Assembly: GCF_006345805.1 (NCBI RefSeq)
Contig: NC_042997.1
Location: forward strand, 27,776,001 to 27,840,000
Origin: Octopus sinensis
Lineage: Eukaryota
DNA length: 64,000 nt
Direction of reading: 5' to 3'
Below, piece by piece: positions 39,546-54,571 of the stretch. How positions within the stretch are numbered: the first letter of the stretch is position 1; each line of letters opens with the position of its first letter. The notes beneath the pieces were generated by a model. The model was not told where the DNA came from. It saw only the letters and a program-made list of their open reading frames with translations, and did not search any database. The position numbers and the translations under genes were made by a program.

Positions 39546-40858
39546 CATGTAGCATGTATATGTGTATGTATCTGTTTGTTTATATGCGTTTGAGCATGCA
39601 GTATGTGTGTGCTTAGTATATGTGACCATGTAGTAAATGTGTATGCCTGAAATGCATGTTTGGGTGTAGTGTCTGAGTGTCTCTGAACATTTGAGTTGAG
39701 TTAGTGTTCATGTCAGTATAGTAAAACTGAAATCGCAACCAAAAACAATATGGCAAACTTGGATCGATCAAAAGACGCTTTGACTATGGCTACAGGCACA
39801 ATGTCTACCTTTCGCTCGTAATTAAGCATTACCTGTCTGAAACATAACATATTTTCGCGTGTGAAGCAAATTAAAAACATACCTTCGTGCATAAAAGCGC
39901 GCACGCACACACACACTCCTCCCCCCATACACACATATGCAAAGCTTCCCGTTATATATATATATACATATGTATATATATATATGATAGATAGATATAT
40001 ATATATACATATATGTATATATATGTGTATATATACACTTACATGTATATTTATGTATATGTATATATATATTTGTTCCACGTCCTCGCGTTGTTGTGTT
40101 TTCTCTTTATATATATATGTGTGTGTGTGTGTGAGTGTGTGTGTGTGTGTATATGTGTGTGTATATATACATTACATACACAATATATACACAATATAAT
40201 ATGTATATACACAATATAATATGTATATATACACAATATAATATGTATATAAAACCATGCATACACATATATATGAACATATTTTCATAGTTATATAATG
40301 CTATAGCGCTGTACACAAGTGTTGATTGTTCTGTGTTGCGTAGCACAATAAATTATACAATTTTATAGAAATTTATAAATTTATTCATATATTTATGCAT
40401 TCACATGACGTAGTTAAAGACTAGTAGACAACGTGCCGCGCATATTAACATTACAAAATACTTCTCGTTTTTTCCTTTATCTTTCTTTTTTTCTCTCTCT
40501 CTTTCTCAACACACATGCACGCAGGCACCCATATATCCCTAAGTATTGATCTCTGTTTTATATACTGTTGTACATAAATAAAAGGGACATTAAGTCATTA
40601 ATAGAGCAAGTGCATATCCAGTGTATAAAATTTGTGCGTGAAAATTTTATATTCTTCATATGCACTTCCACAATGTATATTTATAATGTTATACTTTTAC
40701 TATCTTCAGCATAGGGTTGTCAGCCTTTATAGAGCTTTATGTATGTATTTATGTATGTATGTATGTATGTATGTATGTATGTATGTTATCTATCTATCTA
40801 TATGTGTATATATAGACATGCATATATATATATATATATATATGTGTATATATAGACA

Positions 40859-40915
<57 letters not shown>

Positions 40916-41816
40916 GCACATCCTTATGCAAGTACATGCAAATTTACATATCAATTTGTCACGCGAACCGAAAAAAGGGCTGACAGTTATATTCATCCAA
41001 ATCCTACCATAAATTTTCACATATTATCAGCGATCATAAAGGAAAGAGGGAATAAATCGCGTTTCATTCCGTATTTACGTACGTCCGTACATCTATTATC
41101 GTGTCATATATTTACATGCTCGTTATAGTTCTTATTATAAATATGCAAAATTATCCTAACCATCTTATAGTTTTATATGGGAATCCAAATACCAAATTAT
41201 GTATAATTTGGCATTTGGTTTCTCATATTTACTATATAATTAACACCTTCTCACATATTCCATAATAATTTAATGTGACTGAATTGAATATCGCGTAATA
41301 CTTCCTCCAGCAATGGCATGAGAGTGAAGATAGATCCTGACGATATTTGAATATAAAGCTCTACGATTTTCATACGCTAATACTATAAAAGATTTGCCAA
41401 CTTACCCCTTACAAACTCCATGTTTGCGAAACAACATTTTCTGCGCTTAAAAGGACCTCATACTATATGGACATGCGAATACCCCGTTTTTGGGCGACAT
41501 TTTAGCCCAATTAAATGTTAATACGTACTTTTATACATTGAGACACTCACGAACACAGCATAATTATTTACACGTGTATGTGTGTGTATGTGTGTGTGTG
41601 TTTGTGTGTGCGCGTGTGCGTGTGTGTGAGTATATAGGTTTGTATGTCATCGGATGTAAAGTGAAAAATTTCTTTCTTTCTTTCACTTCTCTCTTTATCT
41701 ACATACACGTAGAGTGTTCTCTTTCTACTGCTATTCTCACTAAATCCATATCTATATCTAAATATGCTTACATGCACAAATTCAAGCGTCCCCGACCCAA
41801 AATCATGGCTTAAAAT

Positions 41817-42023
41817 TATGGCACCAGGCCAGCAATTTCGGGAAAGGGGTAGGCCGATTACATAGACCCCAGTGTTCAATTGGTTTTATTTTATCCACAC
41901 CGAAAGGATGAAAGCAAAGTCGTACTCGGCGAAATTTGAACTCAGAACGTAATGACAGACGGACGAAATGCTTACAAAACATTTTGCCCGGTCTGAAAAC
42001 TATTGTGCCAGTTCGCCGCCTTA
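41817..42023 (-). mobile_element. SINE family C
   Basis: CCGAAAGGATGAAAGCAAAGTCGTACTCGGCGAAATTTGAACTCAGAACGTAA..CATTTTGCCCGG..GCCAGTTCGCCGCC on plus. Confidence 0.85.
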
Positions 42024-42367
42024 TAATAGTTTAAATATTGAGATATTGAGAAGACTTTCCTAAATGAATGAAAATTGTGCCGTTAATTTAAGCTAGAAAT
42101 ATTCTCGTTTTAGCAAAGAACTCTTGGACACAAAAGTTTTATATCTCTGAATACTATGCATATAAAACATATACGTATATTGCAAATGTTTGAATATAAT
42201 ATAATTAAAAGCTAGATTATCAATCCATAAGTTTTTAACTATTTGCTTCACAGCAGCCGGTTATTCCGTTAAGGAATATAAACAACTGAATTGCAATCTA
42301 GGAATAACATACAAACGAACACACACGTTCATGCATACATACATACATACACACATACATACATACA

Positions 42368-42398
<31 letters not shown>

Positions 42399-44533
42399 TT
42401 ACATGCAACGCGCCATCAGCAACAGACACGAGCGCAGAAACATGTGTAAAATATCTTTCTTTTCCGAATTTTTCTTTGTTTATATGCTTGTCTTGGATCA
42501 ATAAATTGTTCTTTATTCTCTTACCAATAAGAGAAGCACACTTTATCCATCAATTTAACGTTAGTCATAACAGATTTCATAAAAAGTGTTTCCAATAAGT
42601 TAGCTTTATTAGATCTTCGCTGACATTGTTAAGAAAAACATCGCGTATCTCTGTAGGTCTATATATGTGAGCTACCTAAGTATTATTTTCACTCCCTTTG
42701 GTTTTGTATTTAAATAAAGATATAATCAGGTAAAAGTCCAACAAGAGTCTTCGATCGGTTATATGAAGTTGTTTCAAAAATATTGGACGAAACTCACCCA
42801 CAACTAAGCCACTTCATAACTAAATTGCTACAGTAACAGTTATCTTTGTAAGAAAAATTTGATCTTGTAGATAGCAATCAATATTCCGGTTCCTGCGATG
42901 CTAGCCGTCTTTCTGACTACATTCAAAATTAGCCAAAACCTGCCAGAGAGATTGATTAGAAGTATAAACAAACCGACATCATCAGCGCCAACATTATACT
43001 AGTCTGTCGGTATATCCGTATAAGGATACGATAAAAAGATATGTGAAATATAAATACAGCTGAAAAACACTTTAAAGTATCGGTTGAAATATTTTCTTAA
43101 CATATTCTCAGAAGTATCGTTAAATATCATTTGTTTTTGACGAGAGTACGGAAGAAAACCAGTCCTTCTCACTGAAATATATAGCTAGGTACTATTCGTA
43201 AAAATATTACAACTAGCCAATGCATGGTACAAATTTGCTTCTGCTTAGAGGCATATAAGAAGAGAAACAATATCGCAATTAAAAGGACTACCTTTGCAAG
43301 ACCGAATATCATTCTGGTTTAAGGTCTGGAAGGAGACGAAAGATTTTAATTTGAGTGTAACTTTGGAAGACAATAATGAAAAATATTTTACTAACACCAA
43401 AGGCAAAACCTACACGAACAATGTTTAAACTTTCACCAAAGCTGTGAAAATGCTATATAATGGGATGACACGAGAAAGAGGCGATTACTATTACAAGCGT
43501 TGATTTTTTTTTTTTTTGAAATTCACTGATAAATGTATGTGTAAGAACTATCAGAGGTGAGATTAACATACTGAACCCGTTCAGCCTTGCATGAAAAATA
43601 TTATGTAACGAAAATGAAATTACTAATCTCCATAGAAAATTATAGGAATATTTTTGGTGTAAACACTGCACACAAACTGCTTGAAATAATTCATCTAAAA
43701 CCATTGCGAGTTTAGTGACACAGATACTGGTGAACTGGCATGTGTAAAATTGTGTGGGGATACTTTCAGAAAATAATGCTGCGTGTCTGAAGTAAGAACT
43801 CATCAGAGAAACTTGTGACAGGACGACTTAGTTATAAAAGTACTCAACTCAATTTACCAAACATGGTTGCTGTAGTCAGGATAGTCTTCATGTGTATCAA
43901 CCGGTAAATTTAGCCCTTGGAGATACTCGTAGCCAAATCGTGCATTAAACGTTGATTTCTTTCAAAAAGTCATTGATTAAGTTTCTACGCTTAAGAGAAG
44001 AAAACTGATGAATAGAATAAGGCCTGTACATATGCTGAGATGAGTGTAATTATTATTTGGTCATAAAACCAGATTTATTGGGTGGCGTTGGAAAGGAGGG
44101 CATATTATCAAACTTTAAGGTACTCTTTTTTACAGCCTTTAGCATTATGATTTTCCTGTTTCAATGGCTGTATACAAAATTATAATGCGCATTAGTTCTT
44201 TTAGCATAATTATCTCCAAACAAGTGTAAAATGTTTTTTTTTTTTAACTCACTCTTTCATTTTACCGCGGAAATAAAAATAGAGAATTCTCTCATATTAA
44301 AATTCTAGGATGTGTCACATTTGCCGCTGGGCAAACGCTTTTATCATATTAACGCTTTTATCATATTATGTACGTATTTCAAGATATCTCATTCCTACAC
44401 ATCTAGTACTCAAAGTACAATGCATAAAGTTTTGTCGAGAGAGTTTAGTTGAGGTTAGTGCTCAACTCTTTCATATTTTATTGACTAGAAAGCATGAAAA
44501 GCAAAGTCGAACTCGACAGAATTTGAACTCAGC

Positions 44534-44828
44534 TGACTACGCATCTGCCCATTCAGCGCAGCTTGTGCAGTAGTTTTTGACTATGCACAGCATTCCCCAT
44601 GTCCGACAACCACCATATTCCCTAGATCTCGTCCCTCGTGACTATTTCCAAAATGCTGGTTATCCCATATAACGAGTTCCAGGAATGCTTCCAACAATGG
44701 AAACAGCGCTGGATTAAGTATGTGGCTTCCAAAGTGGACTACTTTGAAGGAAATTAAATGCCAAATTTGTACGTGCGGTAGTATTGTTTTTATTACAGCA
44801 GTCCGGATACTTATTGATCAGACCTATT
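44534..44828 (+). mobile_element. Mariner family 2, internally deleted 3' part with right TIR
   Basis: DYASAHSAQLVQ*FLTMHSIPHVRQPPYSLDLVPRDYF (cf. HDNAPAH..PPYSPDLAPCD); EFQECFQQWKQRWIKYVASKVDYFEGN*; CAGTCCGGATACTTATTGATCAGACCT at 44799-44825 is the reverse complement of the 13456 TIR. Confidence 0.88.
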
Positions 44829-45707
44829 ATATTTATGAAATTCAGCTTAACGTGATTCCAAATATTTGTTACTTCATTAGAGTTATTCAGTGCAAGTTAA
44901 TTCATTTATACTCCCACAATGACCCTCCTGATATAAAACATATGAATAGACATTTAATTTCAATAGTTTAAAGGTAAATGTGAATAAATTTGAGTGTATA
45001 CTAATTTTATATAATCTAAGGGTTGAAAAATATAAATACCAATAAGAAACGCCTGAGACAAACAGGAAAATTGAAATTTAATAATATCTCGTTAAGAGAA
45101 AAGTTGTCAGTATTAATTATATATCATAAAATTCCCAACTCGAAATTTTATTAATATAATTTAAAAGTTAATTGAATGTTTTACTAAAAACAATTTTATA
45201 TTACGAAAAAAATAATATGGATTGATTAAATATCATTTGACTTTTAGATATTAAAAAAACAGAAACTATGTTTCTTTTGATCTTTGCGAAGAAATTATGA
45301 TGTGTTATTGGCAGTAATAAAAAAAACAGTAAAAATATGATTTTAGTATAAAATAAGTTAAAAAACACTTAATGTTATTAGATGGTATCAACAGAACTGA
45401 ATCACAGTTTTTTTCGGTTGTCTGGGAATGTAAAGCCCCCACCTCACACACACACAAATGGAGGGAAGGATTGAGAAAGATAAATGTGGATGATGTTGTG
45501 GTACTAATCATTGCTGTACAACAAACTGTTTCAATTATTTAATATTGACAGTTTATTATGTTGCGAACCCGAATTATTTATAATGGCGTGAAATTATTTG
45601 TTGAGTACAATGAACGATATACTTTCCAATTAAGATAAATTAAGATATAGTCCGTTGCATTCACATCATTCTTATTGACACACCTACACACAACTGCAAC
45701 ACATATA

Positions 45708-45791
<84 letters not shown>

Positions 45792-47937
45792 TATGTGCGC
45801 ATATACATATATATATATATTTATAAATGTATATATGTATATGTGTTGTGTACGATTATATGTATGTTTGTATATAGGCACATATAAATACAGATGGAAT
45901 GACCGAGTCATTTTTCTGTCATTATTTATACAAACGATGAAATCTGCAGTTTCTGCTTGAAGGAAACTATTACAAAATTTTATTCCACACCACGAATGCA
46001 AGAAGTTTTATAAGAATTTATCCGGTGAAGAAGAGATGGGGACAGACTAAGGGATATTGTTAAATATTTACCAGTGGATAGGAAAGGGGACAAATAGACA
46101 AGAAAGAATTATGAAATTACTAAATTCAATGGTCAAAGATGAGGGGGGGGAACTACGAAGATCATAAAACAATACGGTAAAACAATGGTAGGTAAGACAA
46201 GAACAAGAAAAACAAAAGAACTATATACAGAAACCTTTTATAACGAGTTATAAAAATAAAAACAATTTGTTCTTAACGGAGAAAAATGAAAATGTAAAAA
46301 TGCAAACGTCAGTCTGAGACGAAATAGAAATATAGAGCATCATGAGACGCTACACAAGACACAATAGTCGTTCATCAGTAAAGAGAAAGATCTATCAAAT
46401 CAAAACGGAAGTACATAAATACATACATACATTGGATGAACTTTTATCTCTCGTATCCTGCCTATAGATTATTCGTTTGTATCTATACTGATAAGTTCAC
46501 AGGATCATGTAGCATCAAGTTTGCAGAGAAAACACAAAGTGTTGGCTTTCTCCAATAAAGAAAAAGGGGAAAAATTACTCGCATCCTTTGAATACAATCG
46601 ATTAGTAGCGCAATGACTGCCCATTTGTCTTCTCTAAAATTAATATAAAAATGCGACTGCAACGGTCTACAGCACACTCACTCATATAGATAAAGGGTTA
46701 TGAAGCACATGTATTTGTGTAATAAAAAGACATGCTCAACTAAGACATGAGTGTAAGTATATCCAAAAATACATATACATATACATAAACAATAATTCGC
46801 TCACATATTTACAAATCCCAGGGACATTCTTAACTCAAAATGCTTCGCTTTCAATTGTGCAAATGAAATAGTTCCCACGGAGAACATACAAAGCAATAAA
46901 ACACGGAGGCACAACCGTACACAAATATATACACTCAAATATATACGTGCACGCACACAAATATATGCTTCACAAAAGGCCCTACTGTGAGATCTGAACA
47001 CTTTAAGAATTGTCATATTCCTTTTTTACTCCTCGAAAATTAGTTTCGAACACTAATGTTCCCAACTTCATTGACTTTCTAAGATAGCTTAAACCCCGTC
47101 GCATGAATTATGAAAGTTTCTATTGACATTTGATGAAAACACAAAAATGTTGTAAATGATAAAATCGTTCTTTTCGTAGTTTATTTCACGCTTGATGTGT
47201 CTCTTCACTGTATTTATTACTATGGTATATTTTCCTATTAATAAATCTGCCATATTTAATATATCTTGGTTAAATTCCAATTCTGCCTCAGGATATACTG
47301 TTATCTAATATTGTTGCACTATATAATCTTGATATTTTTCCCTATTATAACACGATGTAATATTGAAAACGCAGGCCGAACTACCAAGAATTTGAGACCA
47401 AGAGCATCAAGTAACGTTCTTTGATATAAGTAGACTTGAAGTTTTGTTCCAAAGTAAACGTAAAGATAAAACAATATTAAAAATTTATATAGAATGATTA
47501 ACCAAGAATTCAACCGTATTATGAATGTATACATATATTCACAAATATATATGTGTGTGTGTGTGTGTTTGCATCTATAGGTATGTATCAAACTATCTAA
47601 CTATTTATCTATATATAATTACACACAACTACGTAAATATATAGATAGAAAATTTGATAGATACATATTAAAAATATCATTATCGAAATACGTTGTGACA
47701 GATATTATTTCTGGCATTAATCATGTGATACGATCCACAAACTGCGTGCAACTGCTTATGTGCGACAACATGGCTTCATAATCGTAGAGGTAATGTAATA
47801 ACTTATTTTTATATTGCGTTCTTGTAGCACTTGCATGTACCATGTTTTAGGCTGACACCACTACATTACGTATCAATGCCTAGTTGTCATAGACATACAT
47901 ATATGCATATGTACCAGTAATGCACACAAACACACAC

Positions 47938-47988
<51 letters not shown>

Positions 47989-48370
47989 TGTGGGGTTTAG
48001 TTGAATGGTAATCTAAACAAATAGGTACGCCGAGTGAGTGCTATAAGTGATCATCCTTTAGGTTCGAAGTTCACACCTGAGGCTAGAGTTAGGGATCCGT
48101 ATTAAGCTTGTGTTTGAAGATATATAGTATATCAGGGGATAAGGGACAACAAAAGCTAAGGCAGGACGAGTTTCTCAAGATATATAGAATAATTTAACTA
48201 GGGTAAATTTGAAGTCTTACAGCTATTTCTGGAATATACCAAGTGATAGGTTAGCATGTATTAAGTATTCATTCATTATAGACAAGGTATTCCGTCATTA
48301 TAGACAAGGTGAGCATATATGAAAGTTCTAGACGGGATTTTCACAGTTTATAAGGAATAAAATGGAAGAA

Positions 48371-48527
48371 GAAAGTGGCTGTGTGGTAAGTAGCTTGTTT
48401 ATCAACCACATGGTTCCGGGTTCAGTCCCACTGCGTGGCATCTTGGGCAAGTGTCTTCTGCTATAGCCCCGGGCCGACCAAAGCCTTGTGAGTGGATTTG
48501 GTAGACGGAAACTGAAAGAAGCCCGTC

Positions 48528-48564
<37 letters not shown>

Positions 48565-48781
48565 CGTGTGTTTGTCCCCCTAGCATTGCTTGACAACCGA
48601 TGCTACTGTGGTTATGTCCCCGTTACTTAGCGGTTCGGCAAAAAGACCGATAGAATAAGTACTGGGCTTACAAAAGAATAAGTCCCGGGGTCGAGTTGCT
48701 CGATTAAAGGCGGTACTCCAGCATGGCCGCAGTCAAAATGAGTGAAACAAGTAAAGAGAAAGAGATACAAGTAAAGAGAAC
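48371..48781 (+). mobile_element. SINE family A, near full length, young-looking
   Basis: Closely collinear with the 37238 copy across head, core and tail. Confidence 0.95.
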
Positions 48782-48957
48782 AATACAGAAAGGATAATAA
48801 AGTTCAAAGCTCATATTTTTCCAGAGGGTACGAAGGTTGGTCCGTGCTTCCGTGAAGGTATAGGTTCTAGCGTATAATTTCAGGTTAATCCAGGCAGTAT
48901 TTTCGCAGTACTTTGAATGATTAGCTACTATGTAAATAGTCCACATGTCAATGGTCC

Positions 48958-48991
<34 letters not shown>

Positions 48992-49011
48992 ATATGGCTC
49001 AATGGTGAGCC

Positions 49012-49089
<78 letters not shown>

Positions 49090-49140
49090 ATGTATGTATG
49101 TATGTGTGTGTGTGTGTATTTGTGTACGTGTGTATGCTCT

Positions 49141-49195
<55 letters not shown>

Positions 49196-49650
49196 ATATA
49201 TACTCATCTATCTTTCTATCTATCTATCTATCAATCACTCTATCTATCTATCTATCTATCTGCAGGAAAAATAAGAAATCTCACAATTACTGTTGAATTG
49301 CTATTAATCAAATTAAACGAAAATATATTATTACACGCAAGATTCAATTCTAATGGGTATTATAATTTTAATGCATATGTGTGATGCATGGCACTTCGGT
49401 TTCAATTAAAATATAATTGGCATGTGTTAACTGAAGCTTAAAAGATATTTATTTCACCTGTACATTACACTGATCAACTTTCTATTGAAAAGGAAAACTG
49501 GTCTAAAATAATGCGATTTAGAACAATTTTATTAATTACTTTACAAGACTAAATGTAAATTTTCTCGTTATATCATTTCCTCATATTTCGTTAGTATATG
49601 TGTAATCACATGCACACTTCCTCACACACACACACACACACACACACATA

Positions 49651-50217
49651 ATTGAATAAGTTGGAGTCAACAAGAAGGGATATGGCTGGACATTTATTTG
49701 TAATCACTATAATTTTTTACACGTAGCGTAATTCTCCAGGCTTGTAGGTATTTGGTTATGTAACCGTTTCCTTGCATTATAATACTTAATTGGGTTTCCT
49801 CGGGTGATATATAAATATTGTCTCCATAAACTCAAATTTTCGGCTTCAAGTGCATAGCAAAACCAAATTCTCGGTTTCAAGTGATTAGCAAAATCACCCT
49901 TTTACTCCATCGATTAATTCAAAGCAGTTTATCGACAGACTTTCAGGTACAATAAATTTCTTGATGCACTCAGTGGCTGCTACTACCTCGCAGGTCAGGA
50001 CAGATACAGAAGATGCACATGAAGCCGAGAATTCGAGATTACAGAGACAATATTTATAAATCGCCTGAGGAAACACTACTAGATCTCATAATGCAGGGAA
50101 TCAGTTACATAACCATATACCTGCAAATCTGGAGAATTATGCTGCGTGGAAACAATTATAGTGATTACAAGTAAATGTCCAACGGTATCCCTTCTTGTTG
50201 ACTTCAACTTATTCATT
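49651..50217. mobile_element. MITE-like fold-back element, ~205-bp TIRs, apparent TA flanks
   Basis: 49651-49855 vs 50013-50217 reverse complement (e.g. TGAATAAGTTGGAGTCAACAAGAAGGGA vs TCCCTTCTTGTTGACTTCAACTTATTCA); TA on both sides; ~30-bp tandem duplication at the left arm/spacer junction. Confidence 0.8.
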
Positions 50218-50439
50218 TATCTATTCACACACTACGGGAGTCCCAACACAAATCTGGCAATACGTATAAGACTATTGGTGGATAGCACCAGGTGAAATCT
50301 GAAGGTGGTTGAGCTTTATACTCTACTGTACAACGTTCTTAACAGAATATAACATTATATATATGCATATAGTCTAAGTGTTGCAATGCAAAACAATTAT
50401 GACACTGCCACATTTATTCGATATGACCACCTCTGTTAC

Positions 50440-51571
50440 CTCTGTTTCGAATCACAGCCCGAAATCTAAGTGCGAATGCTTCACACTAGGTACGTAGCTG
50501 TTCCAGGGGAATCGAAATCTATTTCTAGCGCAGTTTTGCCTTCAGAGCATCGAGCAAAGCATAACGAGTGCTCGCCACCTTCGTCTCCAAAATGGATCAA
50601 ACAGGAAAATCTAACGGGTTGAGATTGGGTCTTCCCGAAGGCCATACATCTTTGCTTATGAACGACGGAATGTTTTTCTGAATCCATTGTTGCCTCTGTG
50701 AGATGCTGCCTTGTCCTGTTGGAGGCTCCAATGTGCATTTCAAAAGAGCTCATTCGCCAATGGAAGCAGTACAGCATTCAAAATGTCGCTAATGTGTCAC
50801 TGAGTGTTAGCTTTAACATCAGAGGGCACAAAAACGAGGGGAGATCTTCCAGTGGTTGTCATAACCGCCCAAACCATAACTGACTGTGGATTTTGACGTC
50901 GATTTATGAGCTTACTCTTGATGGAGCCAGATGCTCCAAAGTCAGTCATTCTCGTGGTTTACTTTCTGTTTGATGTCAAATTTATTTTCATCAGTGAACA
51001 CCAGCTTGGGAAGCGTGCCTTCAGCAATCTTACGCAGGATAAGACGATTTCTCTCCAGTCTCGCACCCTTATAAATTTGTGAGAGCTCATGACGGCGTAT
51101 CCCTTTGTAGGGGTGGGTCATGGGATCTTCCTTCAACATTCGATACATACATGTTTGGCTTACTTTTGCCGAAGCAACCAGTTTTCTGACAGAACAACGA
51201 AGATTTAACCGTATCTTTTCTGTTGTACTTTTGATAAACTGAGGGGTTCACATAGTTCTTTTCTGGTCACGTCCAGGTTGATCAACGGTGGAACCAGTCT
51301 CTTGAAATTTTTTGACAATTTTCCAGACTGTTGTTCGGTTAATTTTAAGCTTTTTTGCTATAGCTGAATTACTTTCGCTTCCTTTTAGGAGGGTTATGAT
51401 TGTATTTTAGTCTATAGCCATTATCCCATTTATAAATCTGAATGTATTTAGTCTGAAACAAAAAGGAGGCTTACTAAGCTTTTATGATATATAAATTTCA
51501 TATCTTATCACATTTATTGATAGTTATTAAACCCCGAAACTTCGGTTGCCTTAATTTCGAGACACCCTGTA
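50440..51571 (-). mobile_element. Decayed Tc1/mariner-superfamily element (maT/DD37D-like)
   Basis: Terminus TA-CAGGGTGTCTCGAAATTAAGG at ~51550-51571 (-); RMLKEDPMTHPYK..IAEGTLPKLVFTDENKFDIKQKVNHEND; later FHWRMSSFEMHIGASNRTRQH resembling the second-Asp region; right TIR not clearly found. Confidence 0.82.
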
Positions 51572-51703
51572 TACTGGCGCTCCATCTAGGACCTACAAAT
51601 TACACATGTCACCAAAGAAAAGTAAAATAACAACATATGCAGATTGCTGTACTATATCTGGGCAATTTAGTTAATCGTGTTCTGTTTCTACAGAGATCTT
51701 CAC

Positions 51704-51866
51704 AGGTATTCGCAAGTGTGTGATAAGAACTTGCTTTCCAAGTACATGTTTCCGAGTTCAGTTGACCAGCTTGCCACCTTGGGCAAGTGTCTTCTACCAC
51801 AGATTCGGGTTGACCAAAGCTTTGTGAGTGGATTTGGTAGACGGATAGGGAAAGAAGTTTTTCGTG

Positions 51867-51953
<87 letters not shown>

Positions 51954-52185
51954 ATCTATATACTTATACATATGTGTGTGTGTGTGTGTGTGTGTCTTGT
52001 TTGTCCCCAACCGCCACTTGGTTGTTTAGGTATCTTAAATTTAGCAGTTCGGCAAAGGGAACGATAGAATAAGTGCCATTCTTAAAAGAAAACAGTAAGT
52101 ACTGGGATCGACTCATTCGAATGGAAATTCGTCTGGGTGATCATCCATCAAGGCCGTAGTCTAATGACAGATAAATAAAAATAAC
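51704..52185 (+). mobile_element. SINE family A, decayed, internal (TCTA)n(TG)n
   Basis: CCACCTTGGGCAAGTGTCTTCTAC, GTGAGTGGATTTGGTAGACGG core, TTCGGCAAAGGGAACGATAGAATAAG tail. Confidence 0.85.
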
Positions 52186-52448
52186 GAACATATATAAATA
52201 AAAAAAATATATAAATAACAGAAATAACAGAGTAACTCAAGGTCCGACAGTTTCTTGCGTGTTGGTACTTGTCAAACTAGTTACTCTGTTACTTCTGCTA
52301 AATATTAATAAGAATATACAGATTCTCATTTTGTATTTTATCTTTCTGTTTCATCCCCATACCTGTATATATAAATATATAGATGCATATATACATATAT
52401 TTATACACGCACACACACATTCACTTACACGCCTATAAATCTATATAA

Positions 52449-52506
<58 letters not shown>

Positions 52507-52619
52507 GTAGTAACAGAAAAGAGGAATTTCGGTTGTCCCCACGTGGTGGATTGTAATGTATATAAGAAAAATAAAAACGGAAAATACGCACACTTACATG
52601 GTTATAGTATAATTTTTAA

Positions 52620-52656
52620 TGTATCGACCGGTTTCTCAATCGCTATTCATGATACA
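52620..52656 (-). ncRNA. Decayed minimal hammerhead-like motif between (TA)n tracts
   Basis: Minus strand TGTATC-ATGAATA-GCGATTGA-GAAA-CCGG-T-C-GATACA: perfect 6-bp stem I, GAAA, palindromic stem III, GUC site; CUGANGA and stem II mutated. Confidence 0.45.
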
Positions 52657-52682
52657 ATGTCTAATTTATATGAAAAATATTT

Positions 52683-52731
<49 letters not shown>

Positions 52732-52739
52732 ATATATAT

Positions 52740-52808
<69 letters not shown>

Positions 52809-53112
52809 TATACATATATATATATATATATTTTGCTCATTACAAATTTCTTCAAAAAATACCGGACCAACCGCCTTCACCCGCATATGTCTTCAACAAT
52901 AATAACTTTGCTAGAATGGGCCTTGTTGCCCCATATATGATTAAAAGACTTCACCAGGCGGTGCTATTAAGTTAGGCACGCCCTGGGCCTATTCTGACGG
53001 AAACCTATCAAAGTTATCAAAGTTATATATATGAATATTCACGCAAATGTTTGTGCTCGTACATACGAATATAAACACACATGCACACACATACACGACC
53101 AAGCACACACAC

Positions 53113-53204
53113 TGGCACGCATACCCACAAATATATACATATTCATAGAGGTATAATTATATTGGCACGCATACCCACAAATATATACATATTCATAGAG
53201 GTAT
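53113..53204. repeat. 50-bp-period tandem duplication
   Basis: TGGCACGCATACCCACAAATATATACATATTCATAGAGGTAT at 53113 and 53163. Confidence 0.92.
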
Positions 53205-53221
53205 CTCTCTATATATATATA

Positions 53222-54498
53222 TTGGGTTGTCAAATGAATTCGTTCGCTTTTTTCCAGTTTTAAAAAATTATTCTTACGTTCCATCAACAACATTAGCAAG
53301 TCAGACAATTTTATATTTATCTTCGCTGTTAACAACACCCTGCCAATGTTCCGTTAGTTATTCTTGATTTAGTTGCAGGAATCATCGGGTCTTAACTCAA
53401 ATAATACGTTGAAGTATGACTTATGCTTCATTTGCTCTGCTGCACGAAACACTGCAGAATCTTGGTGCAGGACAGAAAAGTGCTTCAATACGAAGGCATT
53501 ATATGAGTGGAATACGGTGGCTACGGTCGGTCTTAAATAATGACATCCTGGCGAGTGTTTTCGCATTGAAGAAGGAAGGCGTGTCACCGGTAGGTCATTT
53601 CAACAGCATTGCCTTGTTGAGCCAGTGTATTTACAGAGCTTAACGCTTCGTACTGACTGAATGGTTGTTTTCAATCATTTCGTACAAGATGAGCCCTTCC
53701 GAATCCCGCCAATCGTAAAACATTTTCTCACGTAGGTAACTCTGGCTTGTCCCGATCAGTTGCTTACTTGTCAGGACACAGTTAATACATTCTTCCGTTT
53801 CATATTGACGTAAAAACAGCATACTTCCTAGCCGGTGACTATGCAGTAAAGAAATCGGTGTGTCACGGGTAGCCTGATGGGAGAAAAACTACCGATGTAG
53901 AGTGAGAAAAGTACCGATGATACATGAGCGACGGAGTTCGTCTCTTTCATTCAGAGCACGTGGCACTTGTGCATCGAGTTTTTCGAGCTTACCCATTGAG
54001 TGACGGTAAGGGATGACGGTATCATGAGAGTGTCACATCTGTTAGGCCAAGTTCCTAGTGAATTGTCGCGTCCTCGTGAATGAGCTGCACAGTCGGTCCT
54101 CATTGAAGGATGGAGCGCAGAAAATGTGTGACGTTGAATTTCCTTTCCTTTTAGCAGAAAACCATTTCTGCACTGTTCTTTCATTGATAGTGCTTCTCCG
54201 CACACAACAAAAATATCTCAAGTAACTTTGTCAGCTTTTGAAACGTCGATTCAAGTAGGTCGAAAACGCTATTATTTTTACTTGGCAGTCTATCCTCGCA
54301 TGTCTGAAAAGAGGAAAAATTTAATCAAATTTGAAAAACTAAAACGATAAACAAGATTTTTAGAGGAAGAATATAGCTACAAAAATGAAGGAAAATAAGT
54401 AAAGTAGCAGAACATAAAAAAAGAAAACACTACAATGAAATTTTTTTGTTATTTCAAATAACATTGGAAAGAAACGAACGAACTTATATGACACCCAA
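53222..54498 (-). mobile_element. Near full-length (1277 bp) decayed mariner, both TIRs, TA TSD
   Basis: TIRs TTGGGTTGTCAAATGAATTCGTTCG (53222) and CGAACGAACTTATATGACACCCAA (ends 54498); transposase pseudogene on minus (TVQKWF, MGKLEKLDAQVPRAL, DWRDSEGLILYEMIENN). Confidence 0.93.
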
Positions 54499-54524
54499 TA
54501 TATAAATATGCGTATATGACATGT

Positions 54525-54571
<47 letters not shown>

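Noticed and set aside
43453-43803. 116-aa non-repetitive minus-strand ORF
   Set aside because: No motif, it crosses a homopolymer run, and its length is compatible with chance.
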